Both the position numbers and the translations under genes were made by a program. A DNA stretch of 64,000 nucleotides from Octopus sinensis (lineage: Eukaryota), in NCBI RefSeq assembly GCF_006345805.1, contig NC_043020.1, positions 4,402,001-4,466,000 of the forward strand, given 5' to 3'. Positions 22,414 through 35,607 of the stretch are shown in pieces. The notes under the pieces were generated by a model. That model had not been told where the DNA came from. It made no database searches and saw nothing but the letters and a program-made list of their open reading frames with translations. Positions within the stretch are counted from its first letter, which is position 1. The number at the start of each line of letters is the position of its first letter.

Positions 22414-23111
22414 TATACTGACTTCAGTCATTCGACTGCATTCATACTTCGATGGAAAGGACGTTTCCCAGTATTTAGTACATTTCTGTCCGGCGAGAGT
22501 CTTTTATGCCCAATTCTTGCTATAAACAGCCGAATGTAAGAATCGCATTGGATTGTATGTGCTGCTTGGAGTTGGATTGTTGTCTTTCCTACGTTGTCCT
22601 TTCATTCCGATGTTTGTTCTTTTTTTTTTTTAAAAAAAAAAAAAAAGGTGCCCTCAACTAATCAGACAACTTCTGTTGACTATGGCGATGATTGCAAAAC
22701 CAGCACACAGACTGCCGTATTTAATTAAAATCAAGATGGTTGTACGACACCATGGTGAAGTTCTAATTTATTTTCTTAGAAATGAAAACTGGGAAGGGGA
22801 ATAATAGATTTCAAAAATATTTTTGGTGGAAGGGATGGTATTCAATCATTTTAAGAATCACATAATTTCCGCTACCCATTCCTGTCACGAACAGGTCCAT
22901 ACAAACCAATGGCAAAATAGGACAGACTGACTGATTAAGCTACTCAGAGGCTGGCTTGGGTCAGATCTCAAGTGGAGAAGAACTGGAGCGAGGGACAAGT
23001 ATAACCGATTCACTCTATACCCAGAATAGTATGTATTGTCTTGCAGTCCTTCAGCACCATTCTGCCTATCAGAAGTTGATCCTTTGCTCATCGGCTTTTC
23101 CTACAGTCTAA

Positions 23112-24400
23112 TCTGGTGTGTCTGTTATAATGGCCTACCAATGTATAGAGTGCATTTCTGTGCCCTAGGTTTCAGGAAGACATTCAGCAAGAAATGGAAA
23201 CAGAATTGAAAGAAGATGATAGTGAAAATAATAATAATTGCAAATTTACAAGGAACTTGGCATTAACCCTGAATTAGATGAAGAACTTGAAACCACTGTC
23301 ACAAAAAAAGCAAAACGGATTGCAAGAAAGAACAGGCAGAAACAAATTGAGGTGCAGCCAGAAGCCTCTGCATGGACAGTATATACATTGAAGCCAAAAT
23401 ATTGATGTAGACCAAACAACAACTCATCAATGGCTGAGAAGCTCAGGACTGAAAATTTCATATTGGTGCCACAAGATCAAAGTTTGCTTACCAAATACTA
23501 CCAGGCTAACATTCTTCAAAATGGTTCTGACCCTAAATGCAGATTCTGTGATAAATTTGATGACACCAAATGAATACAAAAATCACCACAATAGGAAAGG
23601 ACAGTATTTACATAGGAAAATATGTAAACAGTCAATTTCCAGTTCCTTATATTTACTTAATTTGTCAAATTCCTTCACAGGTATATTTTTATCAGTGGGA
23701 ACACTTATATCTATTTAGTCTACAAGTATATTCTTCCCTGTCTTTAATGACTACGTGTGGTCAACTAGCCTGGATCGTTCTGTCAGTGTTGACTGGAAAA
23801 TCCCAGAGGATAGTGACATTTTTACTTTCAGCGACTGGCTCAGAATGATGTTCATACCAGTAAGCAGGAGTGCTAATTTTGTAGTGTTTACATATTTTCC
23901 TATGTAAATACTGTCCTCTCCTATTGTGGTGATTTTTGTATTCATTTGGTGTCATCAAATTTATCACAGAATCTGCATTTAGGGTCAGAACCATTTTGAA
24001 GAATGTTAGCCTGGTAGTTTTTGGTAAGCAAACTTTGATCTTGTGGCACCAATATGAAATTTTCAGTCCTGAGCTTCTCAGCCATTGATGAGTTGTTGTT
24101 TGATCTACATCAATATTTTGGCTTCAATGTATATACTGTCCATGCAGAGGCTTCTGGCTGCACCTCAATTTGTTTCTGCCTGTTCTTTCTTGCAATCCGT
24201 TTTGCTTTTTTTGTGACAGTGGTTTCAAGTTCTTCATCTAATTCAGGGTTAATGCCAAGTTCCTTGTAAATTTGCAATTATTATTATTTTCACTATCATC
24301 TTTCAATTCTGTTTCCATTTCTTGCTGAATGTCTTCCTGAAACCTAGGGCACAGAAATGCACTCTATACATTGGTAGGCCATTATAACAGACACACCAAA
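23112..24400. repeat. Long near-perfect palindrome (~515-bp arms, ~256-bp spacer) built from an R4/Dong-like LINE fragment
   Basis: 23112-23629 is the reverse complement of about 23886-24400 with only a few differences. Translations LHGQY, HQWLRSSGLK, DPKCRFCDKF and TILWDFPVNTDRTIQ are CCHC/RLE-region motifs of R4-clade elements. Confidence 0.9.
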
Positions 24401-24539
24401 TTGTCTATTTACAAAGTTATGTGATAGAGAAAAGGGGGAAGAAAGAGAGAGAGAAAAAGTAAAAAATAAAAAAGTAAACAAAGAAAACAAGAGGGAAAAT
24501 GGAAAGAAAATTCACAGCGATAATGCTCTTCTCAATATG

Positions 24540-27500
24540 TGACCAGTTACCAATTAAGACGGAGTCTTGCATGTGTAGCGGGCTCACTGCCTGCAGCATA
24601 CGGTACCATGATATATGTTTTTCAACTACCTAATACTTTCCTGATTATTCTGGCTATACCAAGAAGGCAAACCTTTTTTATCAGTTCTACTGAGTACTCT
24701 ATTCCGGTTTCCTTTATATTCCAATTGATACTGTCTCCAAGGACCCAACAATAATTAGCACTATCTTCACCTTCTTCATTTTCCATAGCCAGGCTATTTC
24801 ATATTTAAGAGAATTGTCTATATCTATTTCTTCGCCTTCCTTCTTAACAATTCAAGGGTCAAAGGGACACACAACATCAACTTTATAGTACATGTGGTAT
24901 ATCTTGTCCACCACTATTAGGTTTGGTCTGTTATGTTCTAGCACCTGGTCTGTTTGGTCCATTTGTTGCAACTTTCATTACTCTCTCATTCCTAACTGAC
25001 ACTAGCAAGGTTTCCTTACTTTTGGATAGCTATCTCATTAAGTTCCTGAGCTCTATACATACGCATCTTCCATACTTATCAGTCCCCTTCCTCCATTTGC
25101 TTTCTTCGTGTATAGGCCATCAGTGTCTGCATGTGGATGGTCAGCTCCATGCATTGTTAAGAACTTTCTTATCTTCTAGTCCAACTCCTTTAGCTCCTCT
25201 TGTGCCCAGCCCCATACCAAACTATTGTGACTGTGCATGAGTTTATAGCTGAAATTATGTTTCCGGCATTCAGCTTTGAAGCCAGTATTTTTCTCATTCT
25301 TTCTTTGTCTTTTCTTTCATAACGTTGTATTTAATTCCATCTGACTCAAGTATTCCCAGGTATTTATAACAGGATTTAGTTCAATTGTCTTCATCATTTC
25401 ACCACTTGGCATACATATGCCTGACAAGCTTTCGTTGCCTCATCACCATCATAGCACATTCTGAGAGTTCAAACTCCATCTTGATATTAATTCAAGAAAA
25501 TCCACACAGACTGGACTAGGCTCTCCAATTCTGCCTCACTTTTTGTGAACAACATCAAGTCGTCTATTAATAGCAAGTGGTTTAGTTTTCTCTTACTGCT
25601 TCTCAGATCATGCACCAACTTTGTCTTCTGTAGTATTTCACACATTCCTAGCATGGGAATACTCTTTCCCCTGGAAGATTCTTCACTTCTCCTAATACCA
25701 AATACCCTGCTACCAGTTCAGTTCTCCAACATTTCATTCCGTTCCATATAAAGCTTCTCTTGTTTTCTGCTACTCCATGTCATATCATATCGTATGCTTT
25801 CCAATAGTCAATCCATGCCGTGCTCAGGTTTGTATGTCTTCTCTTGCAGTTTCTGATAATTAGATGATTACCAATTAACAGCTGATCTTTTGTTCTCCAG
25901 TTCCACTTTCGGTTCAGTAGGTAGCAACCCACTTTATTCTAAGTATCTATACTGTTCACCAGCCAAAGCACCTGACAATAGTTTCCACATAAGCGGAAGA
26001 CATGTTATTGGTTGGAAGTTGGATACTTTTCAGGATCTTTGGCACATAACAATGTCTTTCCCTTTGTCATCCAGTTAAGTACAGTGTCTTTCTGCAAATA
26101 CTCATCTGGCTGTTGTACTTTCCTTTCATAGAATCCTCTCAGCATCTTCATCCAATATCCTTGGACACCATCCGGTACAGAGCTCTTCCAATCTGGGAGT
26201 TTCTTTAATTGCTTTTTATCATTTCTGTAGTTATTTTCATATTGTCTTGGCATCCTATATTTCTTAACTTATCTTGAATTTCCTGCAGCCACTCCACTTC
26301 ATCATTATGCTTTACAGGTTGGTCTCAGATTCCTCCCCAGAATGCTCTGCTTTCATTTGCATCTGGTATCATTGTTACATGTAAATTGCTCATCTAGTTT
26401 CTGAAACAGTTTTTCCTGATTTGCTTCAAACAACATGTCCTGCCTGAATTGTTTTTTTTATTTTTCATTTGTCATATCTTACCATTTTGCCTTGATTGCT
26501 GCTACCCTTTCTTTCAATTCTCTCAATATCATATCATACCCTTTATCTCTTATTATCCAGTGTGTGTAAGCAAAAGCAGGGTATTGTATTCACTCGTATT
26601 TGTCTGTTTGTATGTTTGTAAAATTACTGGAGAACGGCTGAACAGATTTTCACCTCATTTGGCAGAACTACTCATTGGGTGAGAGGATTGAAATGATGAA
26701 CATTTGGTTTGATTTTCTTTAAAACTAAAAAAATTTAAAATAAACTTACAAGTATCTCCGATAAGCAAGTGGTCATATTATTTTGTTCACCTTCTTTTTG
26801 ATATGAATTGACTCTCGTCTGCATGTGTATAGATCATCGTCTACCTATGCATGTAGACACGTGTCGGTTCATACATACATATGAAACTCTGCATGTGTGT
26901 GTGTATACACTGATGGATTTGAGGGTTTCATTTATTTACGAGTTGATTTCTTAATTTCACTGGAGTATAAATAGCTATAATGGTGATACTTAAAAAAATT
27001 CAGTTCAATTAAAAAACATGGGTAAGCAATACAATGTAAGCCATGCTATAATTTGAGAAAAAAATTTATCTGTGTACAGGTTTTGTATTGTCCTACCAAT
27101 GCCTTTTACTTTTCATTCTATATGTTCTTTCCAATCTTATTCTTATGCTTTCATGCTACAATTCCACTCTTTTCAATCTATCAACTCATCCTAAATGTCT
27201 TCTTAACTTTGTTTGTTTTTCAGAAATTCATCAATGCCAGTTCGGTTCTTTACGTTCTGTTTGTTTTCTTCTTTTGTATCCAACTCTATCTGCAGCAACC
27301 ATAGCTGCAGCTCAAATAATCTTGTTGGTTTCAGTTATATTTCCCATCTGGAATAGTCCAAGGACAAAAAATCTATCATTTCAGTTTCAGCTTTGAGCTT
27401 GCGTCGATCAATATATGTCAGAATGGGGGATGTTTGATCCTGGCTTCACTAATATATTCTCACTATGTCTTGTTGACTATCATATTCTCGTGATATAACT

Positions 27501-27700
27501 CTTCCCATTACTTCTGCTTCATTTGCTGAGAGTGCATTTACATTTACACTTTGCTCTACATCATCACTGCAGCCATTCATCTCTTTGTCCTCACTAGGCA
27601 TGTTATCTGCTGGTGAAATATTATCATTTTCTATTTTCCTTTTGTCATTTGATGTTGCTTTTATATTAGCCCTTATCGCTAATAAAAGAATTCATCGTCG
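24540..27700 (-). mobile_element. Degenerate R4/Dong-like (RLE-type) non-LTR retrotransposon, long copy
   Basis: 3' RLE region at 24540-24850. RT remnants include LPDWKSSVPDGVQGYWMK and AWIDYWKAYDM (~25790-25820). N-terminal AADRVGYKRRK...EPNW at ~27250. Interrupted by a different insert at about 26560-27050. Confidence 0.7.
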
Positions 27701-28106
27701 TCATCGTCATCATTATTATTACTATTATAGCGATGAGCTGGCAGAATCATTAGCATGCCAGGCAAAATGCTTAGTGGTATTTTGCCTGTCTTTATGTTCT
27801 GAGTTCAAATACTGCTGGGGTCGACTTTGCCTTTCATCCTTTCAGGGTCGATAAATTAAGTACCAGTGAAATACTAACTAGGGTCAATGTAATTGACTGG
27901 TCCCCTCCCCCAAAATTTCAGGCCTTGTGCCTAAAGTAAAAAGGATTATTATTATTATTATAGACATTGCACAGTATACAATATCATGAGGTTGTTGAAG
28001 ATATTATGTCCACTAGGGGTTTGTACTATTTGTCAAGTCACAAGAACCTCAGACAAACAGTACTTTACACAATATGCATGCAGTTCCAAGTAATGCCAAC
28101 TTTTGC

Positions 28107-28145
<39 letters not shown>

Positions 28146-28679
28146 GGCAGTGAGGTGGTAGAATCATTAGCATACTGGGCGAAATGCTTAGTGGTATTTC
28201 GTCTGTCACTACATTCTGAGTTCAAATTTCACCGAGGTCGACTTTGCTTTAAACCTTTCGGGGTTGATAAATTAAATACCAGTGAAACACTGGGGTCACT
28301 GTAATTAACTAGTCCTCTTCCACAAAATTTCAGGCTTTGTGCTTATAGTAGAAAGGATTGGAGTCTTGCATGCATAGCAGACTTACTACCTGCAGCCTAC
28401 AGTACCATGGTATTCGTTCTTTTTAGTTATCTAATACTTTCCTGATTAATCTGGCCATGCCAAGGAGGCAAACCCTTTGTGATAGTTCTACTGGGCACTC
28501 TATTCCAATTTCTTTTATATTTCTCTTGATGCCTTCTAATACTATCTCCAAGGACCCAAAAATAATTGGCACTATCTTCACCTACTTCATTTTCCATAGC
28601 CAGGCTATTTCGTACTGAAGAGGGTTGTCCATATCTATTTTTTCGCCTTCCTTCTTGACTATTTGTGGGTCAGAGGAGC

Positions 28680-28695
28680 ATTATTATTATTATTA

Positions 28696-28730
<35 letters not shown>

Positions 28731-29190
28731 GAGTGAGAGAGCAGTGCATGCCATCAAAGTGACACTTGGGTAAAATATACGAAGCCTAGTATACCCGTCT
28801 GATAAGAGAACACTAGACACATGCATCACAACCATGTGTGCGCGACATGGTGATCTCATATCAAGATAAACAGCTCATGACCTTGCAGGTGGGGCCCAGT
28901 TAGAATTTTCTTCAGGTTGAGTAGCCCATCCCGCTCAAAAGGTCCCTGAATAAGGGTTGTTTAATGATGTTGAACGAAACACCCATGTTTCCAGAGGTGA
29001 ATTATTCAAACCCCAAAGAATCCCTCTCAACACATGGCTATGATGCTCCCCCACTACTTCTGCTCGTGATCAGAGATGCACATATCGTCAGCCACTAAAA
29101 GACATGCTCAACTGGTCAAGGTCAAACAACTGACAAGCAAATCTGTGGTATTGAGCAGAATATTTGCTGTAGCCCATCTTTTATACCAAT
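28680..29190 (-). mobile_element. Unclassified non-coding interspersed repeat with an (AAT)n tail
   Basis: (ATT)n at 28680-28730 followed by ~460 bp of complex non-coding sequence. The family cannot be assigned from sequence alone. Confidence 0.4.
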
Positions 29191-31200
29191 ATTCAGTTGT
29201 CTAATTTTTCTCACGTGTTTTCACTACACTACCGAATGCAGTTCTGGTGCCTTGGGTGTGTGCTGTATTTTGTTGTGATGCTCTTATGGTTACTGTATTG
29301 AAAGTGTTTTACGTAGGATGTGTGCAGTTCCTAGCAGTGCTATTTTTTGTATGTTATATATACTTGTCAGTCCTAGAAGTTTTGTTATGTATTTTTCTGG
29401 ATATTTTTTTATCATACCTAACGCGCCTACTATGATAGGAATTGTTTCTATTTTAGACTCCACATTCGAGTTACCTCTATTTCCAGGTCTTTGTATTTTG
29501 AAAGTTTCTCCGTTTCTTTTAGAGAAACATTGTCGATTGTTGGTATTAATACATCAATTAGAAACATTTTTTTGTTGATGATCTCTGGCCTATTGGCCTT
29601 AATTTCTCTGTCTGTGTGTATTGGCATATCCCAGAGTATGGTTGCTTTCTCATTTTCTGTAACCTTTTCTGGCACGTGCATATACCATCTTTTTCTGTTA
29701 TTCCATATTGTTGGCACAGCTTCCAGTGTATATGGGTTCCAACTCTGTCATATCTGTAAATATATTCCTTCTTAGCCAGGACTGGGAAGCCAGAGATATG
29801 ACTTATTGTTCCCTGTCCATCTCCACATATTCTACAGTTTGTTGTTATATTTTTTTTCATTACATGTTTTTGGTAATTTCTGATGGGGAGGCTTTGATCT
29901 TGTGCTGCAATTAAAAATCCTTCAGTCTCTGCTTTGAGTCCTGAGCTTCTCAGCGATTGTCAGGATTTTGTTTTGTCAATGTCTTTTTTGTTTAGTTTAA
30001 CAAATTATTTGCCATAAAGGGGCTTTTCTTGCCATTGTTTTATCATGATCCGTTGCTGTTCCAGTTTTAGTTTGGATTTCAGTTGATTTACAGCTTTTGT
30101 TGTTTCTTCTTTTACTTCATAGTTGTTAAGTACCATGACTTCTTTTCTGTATTTGTCATCTTCCTTAAAAACTGAAAACAGTTTTTTTTGTATTGTTCAT
30201 GTTTTGTGGCTATTTGTGTTAGTTTTCCTTGCTTCTGATGTAGGTATTATTATTAGTATTATTTACTTTTAATCTGTATGTTTGATACAATCATTTGCTG
30301 GGCAAGTGGAGGTTAAGAGATGTTGAAATATAACTGAAAGCTTGGGGAGGGAAAGTGGTGAGGACAGTAGAAGAATGTCTCCATGTAATACAACACACAT
30401 TTAAATTGACAGGGTTTTCTAAGGACATGGGCAGTAGTTGTCAACAGAGTCTTAACAATTTCTTTGAGACATGCTTCTCTTGGGATGTTGTCCAGATATT
30501 TCTGACATTCCTTTGTTATCTTACCTAGGATTCCTACAATAACAGGGACAGTTTTTGCTTTAAGATGCCACATCTTTTGTATTTCAATTTCCAGGTCCTT
30601 ATATTTATTAAGTTTGTCAAATTCGCTTACAGATATATTTTTTATCAGTAGTAACACTTGCGCCTCTTAGTCTACAAGTTTTTCTTCCTTGTCTTTGATA
30701 ATTAAGTTTGGTCAATTACCCTCAATCATTCTATCAGTGTTGACTGGAAAATCCCAGACGATAGTGACATTTTGTACCTTCAACGACTGGCTCAGGATGA
30801 TGTTCATACCAGTTAGAAGGAGTGCCGATTTTGTAGTATTTACATATTGTCCAATGTAAATACTGTCTTACCCTATTGTGGATTTTTGTATTCATTTGGT
30901 GTCAGCACAGGACATCCTGAAACGAGATGGTCTATTGTTTCATCAAATGTGTTGCAGAATCTTCATTCGGGGTCAATACCATTTTGAAGAACGTTAGCCT
31001 GGTAATTTCTAGTAAGCAAGCTTTGATATTGTGCCATCAGTATGAAGCCTTGAGTCTCTGCTTGGACTGTTGCTGAGTCTACATCAACATTTTGAATTTG
31101 AAAAATATATTGTCCATGCAGGGGATTCTGGCTTCACTGCCCCTCAACTTGTTTCTACCTGTTTTTTGCAGTGTGCTTGATTCTTTTGCTTGCTTGGTAG
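29190..31200 (-). mobile_element. Further R4/Dong-like fragments (CCHC and RLE regions)
   Basis: NCRICGDGQGTISHISG.PVLAKKEY..R.DRVG..IHWKLC; TILWDMPIHTDREIKANRP; KLSKYKDLEIE; a second copy at 30313-30657 (KYKDLEIEIQKMWHLKAKTVPVIVG). Confidence 0.8.
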
Positions 31201-31489
31201 CATTGGCTTCAGGTTCTTCATTCAATTCAGTTCCCTTGCGAATTTAGAAGCTTCTTTGACAATAGCATATGACATTTTATTGCTTTTATGTTCACGCACG
31301 AGTTGCAGCATCCAGCCCTCTGTACTAGATAAGCACTTGTTCATCGTCGTCATCATTATTGTTTTTGTTGTTGGTGATATTGTTATTATTATTAGACAAC
31401 AAGAAGAGCGTGATGCAATTTGTAATAGGGATTGTTTATTTAACGGTTTGAACAATATTTCAACAAACTGTCTGTCTTCTTCAGGTTTA

Positions 31490-34080
31490 AAATGTAAAAC
31501 CCTCACCTTACTGACAGCGTCCCTGTACATGGTTTGTACAGCTCTCACTAACCATTCATCTATCCCTAGTTTCCTCATTGACAACTAGATAAGGGATCGG
31601 GGGACCCTGTCAAAGGCTTTCTTCATGTCAACGAAAGCCAGGTACAGAGGTTTATCTTTGGCTAGGTATTTCTCCTGCAGCTGTCTTATCAGAAATAAAG
31701 CATCAGTGGTGCTTTTCCCAGGCACAAACCCAAACTACATCTCATCTAGACTGATTCTCTCCCTAATTAGTTGGGCTATGACCCTCTCTGTTACTTTCAT
31801 TACCTGATCCAACAACTTGATACTTCTGTAATTATTCCCATCTAATGTGTCACCTTTACCTGGTTAACTATACAGGTGAGTAGGCTATAGCTGACACCAC
31901 CAGATATTTTGAGCATCTGCGGTGATCCCTGATGGACTGGAACTTTCCCTGGCTTCAATCCCTTAATTGCTTTATCTACCAAAGTACTTTCAATTCAGAT
32001 AGCTGATCCCTCTGTTGGGTTGACATTTGGCAAACTCTTTTTCTCCCATTGATTCTCTTAATTTAGTAACTTTTGATATTGGTGTCTGCAAGTCTCTCTC
32101 CTTGCAGCCTCATTAAATGCAAGTGAGCCATCATCCATGTGGACACATTTCTTTCCTATGACATCACGATTCTCTTTCATGCACTGTCTTGCAGCATGAA
32201 ACACCTCAAGTCTTTGGTCCTCATGGTGCAGAACATTGGCAAATTTTTTATCTGCTTCCCCTCTGGTTAAATAAACCTGTCTCCTAGCTTTCCTCCTGGC
32301 AGTCTGATACATTTCCCTGCTACCACTGTTCTTCCATGTCTGTTTCTTTTCCCTAATGGCCCTGTCGACTACATTGTTCCACCACCACTACCGTGGTTTG
32401 AGAGGGGACTTTGCACCATCCACAGATCTGGTCAGTGGCCCTCAGCAGGTTGTCCTGTAGAAACCTCCAGTTGTCTTCTACATCATGTGATGCTATATCC
32501 CCTTCTATTTTGTCAAAAGCTTCGCGTAATATGTCTCTAAATCTCTGTCCATTCGCAGGATCCTTGAGATTCCAGACCCTTCTACTCCATGCTGGTCATC
32601 TTCTGGGCATCCATTTAGCCCTGATTCTGAAGCTGCTAACTACTAATCTATGTTGTGGGGTGCATTCTTCACCTGGGAAGACTTTGGCATTTATAAGTAG
32701 CCATTTTTTTCCGTTTCCTGGTGAGGATGAAGTCAATTTGACTAGTGTGTCTACTAGTTAGGTAGGTGAACAGGTGACTAGCAGGTTTCCTGAAGTTAGT
32801 GTTACAAACCATAAGGTCATTTGCATCACAGAACTCCAGCAGTATGGTTCCTGCCTCATTTTGGGAACCAAAACCATAGCCTCCATGTACACCATGGAAG
32901 CCCCTTACATGTCATCCAATATGCCCATTGAAGTCACCAGCCACAAAGAGAAGGTCCCTGTCATTCATCGACAAGGTAGTCTGCAAGAGAGTGTCATAAA
33001 ATCAGTGTTTCTGTCCATCAGGTAGCCCCAGCGGAGGGGCATAGGCTGAGATAATGGTTGTAACACATGATGCAGCACTAATCTAATCTTAAGTATTCTA
33101 TCGCAGACTCTGACTACCTCGATTACCTTACCAACCCATTTCTCCGCAAGAAGTATACCCACGACCCCAACCCCATCAGTGTTCCCTGCCCAGAAAATCT
33201 TGTACCAATGTTCTTTGCCTGTGAGGAACCTAACAGAACCACCTCTCCACCTTACTTCTTGGATGCAGCACAAATCTACACATCTCCATTCAAGTATCTC
33301 ATCAATCTCACCAGACCTACCTTTCAGTGTGCCGACCCTAAGGGTGTGGGAGGTGTGGGCCTATGAGAACCTGGGATGGGGGACAGCAGTGTCATATACC
33401 TGAAAAGAAAGCTCGCATTTGGCAGAATTCATGTACATACAATAGTCTTCAACCTGCATACATCACACCATCATTTTTATGTGCTATATGATCACTACCT
33501 AACATAGAAGATAAACCCTAAGTAGGGATGGAGGGGCATTAAACCTTTAGAAGTGTTCATGGAAGACATCTGATAGAGGTTGGAGGATAGAGACTTCCAG
33601 TACAGGCGGTAGGAGCAGGATGGTGGGCACACCGTGAAACAGCAGAGAAACTCAAGTTGCTGGTGTCAGAGAATATTATGATAATAGTGAGATAGAATTG
33701 GGCATTTGAAAATCTTAACTAGAACTATAATCAAGAATTTTTGGTCAGTCATCTGTGACAAAATTAGATAAATGAGTGAATAAATAACGATAATAAATGA
33801 GTGTGAAAGAGAGAGAATTGGATTGAGCGAAAGGGATCATACAGCGTGGAAGACGAAATTATGCTTGCATAGGTAATGAAATAGATAGAATAATGAAATG
33901 AACTAATGAGCTAATTATGATGATCTGTGCTGAAAGAGAAGGATTAAAGATGTACGAGGTTGATAGAACAAGATTGCTTATCTGAACATCTTTTCTACTC
34001 TTTTGGCGAGGTGATAAAAAGTAGGGGAATCTGAGTGAGCTAGTTTATATAGGGTGGGGTGGGGGAGGAGGTAAGTGGTT
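31490..34080 (-). mobile_element. Older RTE LINE (PHD family): endonuclease, N-terminal RT and probable 5'UTR; 3'-truncated
   Basis: CCIQEVRWRGG, GNTDGVG.VGILLAEKW, KLLDQVMKV and MRKLGIDEWLV. The upstream non-coding part resembles 58440-58870. Confidence 0.85.
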
Positions 34081-34094
34081 ATCGAGACAAATTC

Positions 34095-34465
34095 TTTTGT
34101 GTCAGTCATTTGACTGCAGCCATGCTGGAGCACCGCCTTTAGTCGAACAAATCGACGCCAAGACTTATTCTTTGTAAGCTTAGTACTTATTCTATTGGCC
34201 TCTTTTGCAGAATCGCTAATTTACAGGGATGTGAATACACAAACACGAGTTGTCAAGCGATGATGGTGGTGGTGGGGGGGGGGGAAACACACACACACAT
34301 ATAATTTCGATGGACTTCTTTTAGTTTCCATCTACCAAATCCACTCACAAAGCTTTGGTCGGCCCAAAGCTATAGAAGAAATCTGTCCAAGGTGCCACGC
34401 AGTGGGATTGAACCCTAAACCATGTGGTCGGGAAGCAAGCTTCTTACCACACAGCCACTCCTGCG
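34095..34465 (-). mobile_element. tRNA-derived SINE (same family as 1844-2231)
   Basis: Head gtggctgtgtggtaagaagcttgcttcccgaccacatggtttagggttcaatccc on the minus strand; tail gtcaaatgactg. Confidence 0.75.
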
Positions 34466-35373
34466 ATTTTTGTTCTTTTATTTGTTCCATGTTGGAGCAT
34501 CGCCTTTTAGTTGAACAGATCGACCCCAGGACTTACTTTCTAAAGAGTGGTACTTATTCTCTTTTGCCAAACTGCTAAGTTACTGCAACAGACACAAAAA
34601 CACACACACATATACGACAGGCTTCTTTCAATTTCTGTCTAACAAATTCACCCACACGGCTTTAGTTAGCCCGAGGCTATAGTAGAAGACGCTTGCCGAA
34701 GATGCCACGCAATGGGTAAATTTATAATGGCAAGACTTACTTTTGTACCCAACAAAAACACTGAAGTTACTCCAATAGGCGTAGAAAAGTAAATCTTCGT
34801 TCATAAAATCTACATACGCTCACAGGCATATATACATACACACGTGTATATATACATACTTACATACACGTACATATATACATGCATACACGCACATGTG
34901 CCCATGCATGCATTATGTTCATATACATATCTCTATACGCACACACATACGCATTTACATGCATACGCGGATATACAAAACCACGCATATGCATATATAT
35001 GTACAAATATTCACACATACGTATATATACAGTCAACATCATGTTCGCGTAGATATATAAACATCTATACAAATAAAAACACATCTCTTTACTGTTTTAC
35101 TTGTTTCAGTCATTTGATTGTGACCATGCTGGAGCATCGCCTGGAAAGACTTCCTCCCCTCCACCATTTTCTCGCAAATTGAGGTTTGCATAGAAAAAAA
35201 ATTAAATAAAAAAAGGGGTGTTTTGGGGGTGGGGTACAAAAGGAAGTCTTGCCTATATATGTAACTGCCACGTGTGTTTGTTTACATTTGAAGAAGATCG
35301 TCACTCGCCGTAAAAAAAATTTTTAATATATATATGGGGGTGGGTTAGGGTTAGGGGTGGGAGAAAAGGGTTT

Positions 35374-35418
<45 letters not shown>

Positions 35419-35439
35419 TATAGGTTCGACTTGAATTCC

Positions 35440-35607
35440 TTTGACTACGTACCTGTGTTCGATAAGAACAGATATTAGAGCTTCCGTTATTGAACAATAA
35501 CACCAAGTCTTGCGGGTCGGAACCGGAAATGCCTTAGGTTAGTTCCCTTAGTACAACTCTCTATGCAACAGTTTACGGCGCCATTTTAAAATCGCTGTTT
35601 GTCTCCT
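35440..35607 (+). promoter_or_regulatory. CSE1L: Probable CSE1L promoter and non-coding first exon
   Basis: ETS-like CCGGAAAT at 35523-35530 and YY1 CGCCATTTT at 35579-35587, then a consensus donor CCT|gtgagt at 35607/35608. Elevated CpG to about 36.6 kb. The nearest downstream exon is CSE1L 38314. Confidence 0.5.

Noticed and set aside
22620-22646. T12-A15 palindrome
   Set aside because: Abutting homopolymers; common and of no evident significance.
23246-24269. Duplicated 71-aa ORFs (MKFSVLSFSAIDELL...)
   Set aside because: Antisense frames of the R4/Dong-derived palindrome arms, not a gene pair.
35345-35356. Interstitial telomeric repeat
   Set aside because: Only two TTAGGG units; kept only as part of a G4 motif.
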